Source: an uncultured Verrucomicrobiota bacterium
GTDB lineage: Bacteria; Verrucomicrobiota; Kiritimatiellia; CAIVKH01
Assembly (NCBI GenBank): GCA_937996795.1
Contig: CALKUH010000038.1
Location: 31,516 to 95,515, forward strand
DNA: 64,000 nucleotides
Reading direction: 5' to 3'
The position numbers and the translations under genes are program-made. Below the pieces are notes generated by a model. It saw only the letters and a program-made list of their open reading frames with translations. It was not told the DNA's origin and ran no database searches. Positions 56,399 through 64,000 of this stretch are shown here, piece by piece (within the stretch, counting starts at the first letter, position 1; each line of letters begins with the position of its first letter).

Positions 56399-57763
56399 AT
56401 GAACAGACAGCAATACGGTTGGCTGCTGGCCCTGGGCGGGCTGGTGTGGTGGACGGCAAACACAGGGGTTCGCGCGGAAACGGCGGACCCGAAATGGCAG
56501 GAGTTGGATCAGAAAGTGCGCATCCTGGAACGAAAACTGGAACTGGCGGACGAAGCCGCGGCGGCGAAGGCGAAAGAAACCCCCACCCTGTCGGCAGGGC
56601 CGGGCGGATTCTCCCTCGCGTCAGCCGACAAGGCGTTCTCGTTGCGGCTGCGCGGGTTCGTACAGGCGGATGGACGCGTGTATGCGGATGACGAAGGGGA
56701 CCGCCTCTCGGACACCTTCCTGCTCCGGCGCGCGCGCATCATTCTCGACGCGCAATTGGGCAAACACTTCGCCGCACGCATCGCCCCGGACTTCGGCGGA
56801 GGACAATCGCAATTGCAGGACGCCTACGTGGATTTCAAGGGCTCCGACGCCCTGAACCTCCGCGTGGGCCGCACGAAGGTCCCGCTGGGGCTTGAACGCC
56901 TGCAATCCTCGACCGAGCGCCTCTTCAACGAAACGGCGCTCGTCACGGCCCTCACGCCAAATCGCGACGAAGGCATCCTGCTTTACGGCGCGCTCGGCAA
57001 GGGCGTGCTGGAGTACCATCTCGGCGCCTTCAACGGCGGCCCGGATGGCGCGAGCATCGACAGCGACACGAACGACGAGTTCGATCTCGCGGCGCGCGTC
57101 TGGCTGACGCCGTTCAAACACAGCGACGCGGAAGCCCTCCAGGGGTTGAGCTTCGGGCTTGCCGGCACGGTGGGCGAGCAATCGGGCACGACGAATGCGC
57201 CGGGCCTTCCCACCTACCGCACCACGGGGCAGAACACGTTCTTCAGCTACCGGACCTCGACCAACGCCGCCGACACCGCGGTGGCCGACGGCGACCGCAC
57301 GCGCATCGCCCCGCAGGTTTACTATGCGGTGGGCCCGTGGAGCCTGCACGGCGAGTACATCATCTCGGAACAGGACGTCGGCAATGGATCAGGTTCCGCC
57401 AGCCTCGAACAGGAAGCCTGGCAGCTCGCCACGTCCTGGGTGCTGACGGGGGAAAAACCTTCGCTGAAGGGCGTCTCGCCTGCGAAGCCATTCGATCCCG
57501 CCAAGGGGCAATGGGGCGCGTTCGAGTTAAAGGCGCGCGTCGGCGAATTGTCGATTGATGACGCCGCGTTCGAGGGCGGCTATGCGCAAGCCACGCGCTC
57601 GGCCCGGTCGGCGGAAGCGGTGGGCGGCGGTTTGAACTGGTACCTGACCCGCAACGCCAAACTCTCCCTTGATTACGAGCAGACGACCTTCGACGGCGGC
57701 GCGGCCGACGGGGATCGTCCGGATGAAAAAATCGTCATCGCGCGCGCCCAGGTAAGTTTCTAA
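56399..57763 (+). CDS. Phosphate-selective porin O/P-family outer-membrane anion porin.
   Basis: Signal peptide, an N-terminal coiled-coil, then a beta-barrel with a C-terminal Phe (…ARAQVSF). Confidence 0.7.
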   Translation: MNRQQYGWLLALGGLVWWTANTGVRAETADPKWQELDQKVRILERKLELADEAAAAKAKETPTLSAGPGGFSLASADKAFSLRLRGFVQADGRVYADDEGDRLSDTFLLRRARIILDAQLGKHFAARIAPDFGGGQSQLQDAYVDFKGSDALNLRVGRTKVPLGLERLQSSTERLFNETALVTALTPNRDEGILLYGALGKGVLEYHLGAFNGGPDGASIDSDTNDEFDLAARVWLTPFKHSDAEALQGLSFGLAGTVGEQSGTTNAPGLPTYRTTGQNTFFSYRTSTNAADTAVADGDRTRIAPQVYYAVGPWSLHGEYIISEQDVGNGSGSASLEQEAWQLATSWVLTGEKPSLKGVSPAKPFDPAKGQWGAFELKARVGELSIDDAAFEGGYAQATRSARSAEAVGGGLNWYLTRNAKLSLDYEQTTFDGGAADGDRPDEKIVIARAQVSF

Positions 57764-57784
57764 TCCCACACACGGAGAATAATC

Positions 57785-58777
57785 ATGAAACGATTCATCA
57801 CCGCATTACTCATCGGAACGGCCACCCTGGCCGTCGCCGCACCCAAACCGGTCACCCTGCTCAACGTGTCCTACGATCCGACGCGGGAATTCTACGTGGA
57901 CTTCAACGCGGCGTTCGCTCGGCACTGGGAGACGACGACCGGTCAGAAGGTCACGATCAAGCAATCGCATGGCGGCTCGGGCAAGCAGGCGCGGTCGGTC
58001 ATCGACGGGCTGCCGGCGGACCTGGTCACCCTCGCCCTCGCGTATGACATCGACGCGATCAGCGAGAAGGCGAAGTTGATTCCGGCCAGCTGGCAAAGCC
58101 GCCTGCCGCACAACAGCTCGCCATACTTCTCCACCATTGTGTTCCTTGTCCGCAAAGGGAACCCGAAGGAGATCAAGGATTGGGACGACCTCGTGAAACC
58201 GGGCATTTCCGTGATCACGCCGAATCCGAAAACCTCGGGCGGCGCGCGGTGGAACTACCTCGCCGCCTGGGAATTCGCGAAACGCCGGAACGGCGGCGAT
58301 GAAAGCAAGGCCCGCGAATTCGTGTCCGCACTCTTCAAAAACGTGCCGGTGCTGGACTCCGGCGCGCGCGGCGCCACCACGACCTTCGTGCAGCGCGAAA
58401 TCGGCGACGTGTTCCTCTCCTGGGAAAACGAGGCGTTCCTCGCGCTCAAGGAGTTCGGCGCCGACAAGCTCGAGATCGTCGTTCCCTCCATCAGCATCCT
58501 CGCCGAACCCCCGGTGACGGTCATCGACAAAGTGGTCGATCGACGCGGCACCCGCGCCGTGGCGGAGGCCTACCTCAACTTCCTCTACAGCGAGGAAGGC
58601 CAGGACCTCGCGGGCAAACATTTCTACCGCCCGCGCCTGCCGGCGGCCGCGCAGAAATACGCGACCCAGTTCGCCGACGTGGCGCTCTTCACGATTGACG
58701 AAGCGTTCGGCGGTTGGAAACAGGCGCAGGAAACGCATTTCAGCGACGGAGGCGTGTTCGACCAGATTTACAAGTAA
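57785..58777 (+). CDS. sbp: Sulfate/thiosulfate ABC transporter substrate-binding protein.
   Basis: Signal peptide, then [13 protein letters not shown]…[12 protein letters not shown]…. Confidence 0.85.
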   Translation: MKRFITALLIGTATLAVAAPKPVTLLNVSYDPTREFYVDFNAAFARHWETTTGQKVTIKQSHGGSGKQARSVIDGLPADLVTLALAYDIDAISEKAKLIPASWQSRLPHNSSPYFSTIVFLVRKGNPKEIKDWDDLVKPGISVITPNPKTSGGARWNYLAAWEFAKRRNGGDESKAREFVSALFKNVPVLDSGARGATTTFVQREIGDVFLSWENEAFLALKEFGADKLEIVVPSISILAEPPVTVIDKVVDRRGTRAVAEAYLNFLYSEEGQDLAGKHFYRPRLPAAAQKYATQFADVALFTIDEAFGGWKQAQETHFSDGGVFDQIYK

Positions 58778-58787
58778 GTTGAAGAGG

Positions 58788-58837
58788 GTTTCAGGTGTCA
58801 GGGAGGAGCGCTCCCGACACCTGACACCTGACACCCG
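58788..58837 (+). repeat. REP-like GC-rich hairpin element, lying between the sbp and cysT genes. A second copy is at 7349-7408.
   Basis: ggtttcaggtgtcagggag-gagcg-ctcccgacacctgacacctgacaccc. It shares GGGTTTC.RGGTGTC.RGGGA.G and TCCCGACACCTGACACC with the 7349-7408 copy. Confidence 0.55.
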
Positions 58838-58843
58838 GCCACC

Positions 58844-59665
58844 ATGAACCCTTCCCGCAAAACCAACGTCCTGCCCGGCTTCGGCCTCTCGATGGGCTTC
58901 ACGATCACGTACCTGTGCTTGATCGTGTTGATCCCGTTGTCGGCGGCGTTTCTCAAGACCGCCACGATGGGCTGGCCGGCGTTCTGGGAGGCGATCAGCG
59001 CACCGCGCGTGCTCGCGTCGTACCGGTTGAGTTTCGGCGTTTCGGCCATCGCCGCGCTGGTCAACGGCGTCTTCGGATTCATCGTCGCGTGGGTCCTCGC
59101 GCGCTACACGTTTCCGGCGAAGAAACTGGTCGATGCATTTGTCGATCTCCCCTTTGCGCTGCCGACCGCGGTGGCGGGCATCGCCCTGACGGCGATCTAT
59201 GCGGAGAACGGATGGATCGGCTCGCTGCTCGCGCCGCTGGGGATCAAGGTTGCGTTCAAGCCGCTGGGCATCGGGATCGCGCTCATCTTCATCGGCCTGC
59301 CCTTCGTCGTGCGCACGTTGCAGCCGATCATCGAGGATCTCGACGCCGACGTGGAGGAGGCGGCGGCAAGCCTCGGCGCGACGCGCGCGCAGACGTTCTT
59401 CCGCGTGGTGCTGCCGGCGGTGCTTCCCGCCTGGCTCACGGGCGTCGCGATGGCGTTCGCGCGGGCGGTCGGCGAATTCGGCTCGGTGGTGTTCATCTCC
59501 GGCAACATGCCGATGAAGACCGAGATCACCCCATTGCTCATCATCACCAAGCTGGAGCAATACGACTACGCCGGCGCGACGGCGCTGGCTGTCGTCATGC
59601 TGGTGGCGTCATTCGCGCTGCTCCTGTTGATCAACCTGCTGCAGGCGTGGAGCGCGCGGAGGTAA
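58844..59665 (+). CDS. cysT: Sulfate ABC transporter permease CysT.
   Basis: EAA-loop region and 6 TM helices. The order is sbp-cysT-cysW-cysA. Confidence 0.85.
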   Translation: MNPSRKTNVLPGFGLSMGFTITYLCLIVLIPLSAAFLKTATMGWPAFWEAISAPRVLASYRLSFGVSAIAALVNGVFGFIVAWVLARYTFPAKKLVDAFVDLPFALPTAVAGIALTAIYAENGWIGSLLAPLGIKVAFKPLGIGIALIFIGLPFVVRTLQPIIEDLDADVEEAAASLGATRAQTFFRVVLPAVLPAWLTGVAMAFARAVGEFGSVVFISGNMPMKTEITPLLIITKLEQYDYAGATALAVVMLVASFALLLLINLLQAWSARR

Positions 59666-59667
59666 CC

Positions 59668-60555
59668 ATGGCCGGCATCGTCTCCAGACTCTCGCATCGC
59701 GGGGCCCGGCGTCCCGGCACCACGGATCCGGCGTGGGTGCGCTGGGCGCTTACGGCGACCGCGCTGCTGTTCCTCGCCGTGATGCTGTTTGTGCCGCTGG
59801 TCGCGGTGTTCGCCGAGGCGCTGCGCAAGGGGGTCGCGGCGTACCTGGAATCCTTCGGCGATCCCGACGCGCTGGCGGCCATCCGCCTCACGCTGCTGAC
59901 CGCCGCCATCGCCGTGCCCGCGAACGTGGTCTTCGGCGTCGCTGCGGCGTGGGCCATCGCGAAATTCGAGTTCCGCGGGAAGAACGTGCTGATCACGCTG
60001 ATCGACCTGCCCTTCGCGGTGTCGCCCGTCGTGTCGGGCCTGATCTACGTACTCGTCTTCGGCGCGCAGGGCTGGCTCGGGCCCTGGCTGATGGAGCACG
60101 ACATCACGATCATCTTTGCCGTTCCGGGCATCGTCCTGGCCACGGTTTTCGTGACCTTCCCCTTCGTCGCGCGCGAGCTGATCCCACTGATGCAGGCCCA
60201 GGGCACCGAGGAGGAGGAGTCCGCGATCGTGCTCGGCGCAAACGGCTGGCAGACCTTCTGGAACGTCACGCTGCCGAACATCAAGTGGGGCCTGCTCTAC
60301 GGCGTGATCCTCTGCAACGCGCGCGCGATGGGCGAATTCGGCGCGGTCTCGGTGGTGTCGGGCCACATCCGCGGCATGACCAACACCATCCCGCTGCACG
60401 TGGAGATCCTCTACAACGAATACCAGTTCGTCGCCGCGTTCGCGGTGGCCTCGCTGCTGGCCCTGCTGGCCCTGCTGACGCTCGGCATCAAGAATATCGT
60501 GGAATGGCGCGCGCACACGGCGCTGTCCGCCGAAACGAAACCGGAGTCCCCATGA
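59668..60555 (+). CDS. cysW: Sulfate ABC transporter permease CysW.
   Basis: Start at MAGIVSRL (ATG 59668), 2 nt after the cysT stop. The upstream part of the track ORF is rejected. Confidence 0.85.
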   Translation: MAGIVSRLSHRGARRPGTTDPAWVRWALTATALLFLAVMLFVPLVAVFAEALRKGVAAYLESFGDPDALAAIRLTLLTAAIAVPANVVFGVAAAWAIAKFEFRGKNVLITLIDLPFAVSPVVSGLIYVLVFGAQGWLGPWLMEHDITIIFAVPGIVLATVFVTFPFVARELIPLMQAQGTEEEESAIVLGANGWQTFWNVTLPNIKWGLLYGVILCNARAMGEFGAVSVVSGHIRGMTNTIPLHVEILYNEYQFVAAFAVASLLALLALLTLGIKNIVEWRAHTALSAETKPESP

Positions 60556-61559
60556 GCATCGAAGTCCAACACATCACCAAGCGATTCGGCTCGTTTACCG
60601 CGCTGGACGACGTCTCCGTGCGCTTCCCGTCCGGCCAGCTCGTCGGCCTGCTCGGGCCGTCGGGTTCGGGCAAGACCACGCTGCTCCGCATCATCGCGGG
60701 CCTCGAGCGCGCGGACAGCGGCAGCGTGCTGTTCGAGGGCGAGGACGCCACACAGCGGAGCGCGCGCGACCGGCGCGTCGGGTTCGTGTTCCAGCACTAC
60801 GCCCTCTTCCGCCACATGACGGTGTTCGACAACGTCGCGTTCGGGCTGCGGGTGAAGCCGCGCGCCATCCGCCCGTCCGAGGCGGAAATCCGCGAGCGCG
60901 TGATGAAGCTGCTCGGCCTCGTGCAACTCGACTGGCTCGCCGACCGCCTCCCCTCGCAGCTCTCCGGCGGCCAGCGCCAGCGCGTCGCCCTCGCCCGCGC
61001 GCTCGCGGTGGAACCCAAGGTGCTCCTGCTCGACGAACCGTTCGGCGCGCTGGACGCGAAGGTCCGGAAGGAACTGCGCCGCTGGCTCCGCCGCCTGCAC
61101 GACGAAATCCATGTGACCAGCCTGTTCGTGACGCACGACGTCGAGGAGGCGCTGGAGGTTTCGGACCAGGTCGTCGTGATGAACAACGCCCGGATCGAAC
61201 AAATCGGCACGCCGGACGAGGTCTACGAACACCCCGCCTCCCCGTTCGTGTACGACTTCCTCGGCAGCACGAACCGGTTCACCGCCGCGCCCCGGGACGG
61301 CGCCGTCGCCTTTTCGCGACCGCACGACATCGAAATCAGCCGCAGCCGCGACCACGCGGACGCCATCCCCGCGCGCGTCACCCACCTGCACGCCATCGGC
61401 CCGATCGTCCGCGTGGAGCTGTCCGACATCGCCAGCGGCCAGCCCATCGAGGCGGAACTCTCCAAACAGCGCTTCCGCGAACTCGCCCTGCGCGAAGGCG
61501 AAACCGTCCATGTCCACACCCGAAACGCGCGCGTTTTCGTGGAGGACTATTCGATCTAA
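60552..61559 (+). CDS. cysA: Sulfate/thiosulfate import ATP-binding protein CysA.
   Basis: Walker [29 protein letters not shown], and a C-terminal TOBE/MOP domain. ATGA overlap with cysW. Confidence 0.9.
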   Translation: MSIEVQHITKRFGSFTALDDVSVRFPSGQLVGLLGPSGSGKTTLLRIIAGLERADSGSVLFEGEDATQRSARDRRVGFVFQHYALFRHMTVFDNVAFGLRVKPRAIRPSEAEIRERVMKLLGLVQLDWLADRLPSQLSGGQRQRVALARALAVEPKVLLLDEPFGALDAKVRKELRRWLRRLHDEIHVTSLFVTHDVEEALEVSDQVVVMNNARIEQIGTPDEVYEHPASPFVYDFLGSTNRFTAAPRDGAVAFSRPHDIEISRSRDHADAIPARVTHLHAIGPIVRVELSDIASGQPIEAELSKQRFRELALREGETVHVHTRNARVFVEDYSI

Positions 61560-61669
61560 ACGCGACAAAAAATTCTGGCAATCTTCAGCAAATGGCGGAG
61601 AATACCAACCATCTCGATCTGTTTAGTTTGGATTTTCAAAGGTAACGACAGGTTCAAAGGAGCACGCAC

Positions 61670-62629
<960 letters not shown>

Positions 62630-62680
62630 GGTGCATGTGGCCGCCCTCCACACGGGGCGGCTACAGGTTCGGCGTGCGGT

Positions 62681-64000
62681 TCAGATCGCGTCGCCCGACG
62701 GTTCGGCCGGCGGCGTCGCGGTGGTGGGCCGCTTGCTGATGAGCACCTTGTCGATGCGGTGCAGGTCCATGTCGAGGACTTCGAACTCGAACAGCCCATA
62801 CTCCGTGCGCTCGCCCTCTCGCGGCACATGGCCGAACTGCTTGACGAGGAAGCCCGCCAGCGTCTGGTAATCGCGCTCCTCCACGGGGTCGGCGTGGAAC
62901 TCCGGCAGCTTCTCCTCCACGCGTTCGATGTCCACCAGCGCGTCGGCCAGCCAGGTGCCGTCGCTGCGCAGGCGCAGATCCGGACGCGAGCGATCGTCCG
63001 GCTTTTGCAGGTCGCCCAGCACCGATTCCATCACATCGATCAGCGTCACCAACCCGGAGATGCCGCCGAACTCGTCGGCCACGAGGGCCGCGTGGTGGCC
63101 GGTCTGGCGGAAGGCCTCCAGCAACTTCAGCACCGGCTGGCTCTCCGGCACGATGAACGGCTTGGTCATCAAGTCCGCCACGTTCACCGGCGCGCCCGCC
63201 GCGAGGTTCGCATAGAGCGCCTTCACCGAAAGCAGGCCGACCACATTGTCGCGCGAATGCTCGTACACCGGGAACTGCGAGTGGCGGCTGACGACGATCT
63301 TGTGCCAGATGAGCTCGTGCGAATCGGCCTTGTTGATCCAGATGATCTGCGGGCGCGGCGTCATGATGTCGCGCACGATGAGGTTGTCCAGGTCGAGCAC
63401 GTTCGAGACGATTTCACTTTCGACGCGATGGAAGGCCCCGGCGCGCAACCCCTCCTGCATCAGGCCGCGCACCTCGTCGTCCGTGACCGACTCCTTCGCG
63501 TCCGTTTTCACCGGCATCAGGTTCAACACCGCATCCGTGCTCCAGCCCAGCACGCGGACCAGCGGATGCGCCAGCCGCGAGAGCGCGAGCATCGGGCGGG
63601 CCATCAGGCACGACATCGCCTCCGCGTAGGCCATGCCGATCCGTTTCGGCACCAGCTCGCCCACGATCAGCGACAGGAACGTAATCCCGGAGACCACCAG
63701 GGTGAGCGCGATTTCCTCGGCATACAGCGACACGCCGGGAATCCGCGCGAACGGCACCGCGAGATCCTCCGCCAACCGGGCGCCGCCATACACCCCGGCC
63801 ACCACGCCGACCAGCGTGATGCCGATCTGCACCGTGCTCAGGAACCGGTTGGGATTGTCCGCCAGCTCCAGCGCCGCCCGCGCCCGCGGGTCCCCGGCAT
63901 CCGCCCGCTGGCGCAACCGCTCGCGCCGGACGGACACCATTGCGATCTCCGTCATCGCAAAGATGCCGTTGATCATCAGCAGCAGGAAAACAATGCCAAT
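62681..64000 (-). CDS. CNNM/CorC/TlyC-family (DUF21-CBS-CorC_HlyC) transporter-associated protein. The N-terminus runs past the window end.
   Basis: DUF21 TM region, CBS pair, CorC_HlyC C-terminus. The frame is still open at nt 64000. Confidence 0.8.
   Translation of the reverse strand: MGIVFLLLMINGIFAMTEIAMVSVRRERLRQRADAGDPRARAALELADNPNRFLSTVQIGITLVGVVAGVYGGARLAEDLAVPFARIPGVSLYAEEIALTLVVSGITFLSLIVGELVPKRIGMAYAEAMSCLMARPMLALSRLAHPLVRVLGWSTDAVLNLMPVKTDAKESVTDDEVRGLMQEGLRAGAFHRVESEIVSNVLDLDNLIVRDIMTPRPQIIWINKADSHELIWHKIVVSRHSQFPVYEHSRDNVVGLLSVKALYANLAAGAPVNVADLMTKPFIVPESQPVLKLLEAFRQTGHHAALVADEFGGISGLVTLIDVMESVLGDLQKPDDRSRPDLRLRSDGTWLADALVDIERVEEKLPEFHADPVEERDYQTLAGFLVKQFGHVPREGERTEYGLFEFEVLDMDLHRIDKVLISKRPTTATPPAEPSGDAI

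Overview
High-GC (roughly two-thirds G+C) chromosomal window from a diderm bacterium. The genus is a guess: the gene content (DUF2723-TPR membrane protein, giant RCC1/HYR/ASH surface protein, PATR-repeat protein) fits Verrucomicrobia/Opitutae-like genomes, held with low confidence. About 52 genes are called. Core functions are present: ribosomal/translation genes (rpsP, KH protein, trmD, ffh, prfA, prmC, rpmE, thrS, infC), pyrK-pyrD, thiL, uvrC, murJ, pgpA, sppA, moeB/moeZ. So is a complete sulfate-assimilation locus (Rrf2 regulator, yezD, anion porin, sbp, cysTWA, cysK), a CusBA-like HME-RND efflux pair, and two VapBC toxin-antitoxin pairs, each with a palindromic operator. The most unusual content is three large secreted carbohydrate-associated proteins. 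One is a GH13 enzyme with a duplicated N-terminal module. One is a 1256-aa CBM/beta-strand-repeat protein. One is a 2557-aa giant built from 5x(discoidin-like module, ASH, HYR) plus two RCC1 beta-propellers. The latter two share a ~138-aa C-terminal module. Non-coding structure is also notable. A 40-bp perfect palindrome and a ~135-bp compound palindrome each fill an entire convergent intergenic gap. A ~55-nt REP-like hairpin recurs at two loci, once intercistronic between sbp and cysT. A 14-nt motif TTACAGACGTTGCA recurs in two intergenic regions. Many long antisense ORFs in the supplied track are GC-driven artefacts and are rejected. One caveat on coordinates: my own base counting near 780-795 disagreed by 1 nt with the ORF track. 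I follow the track coordinates throughout.
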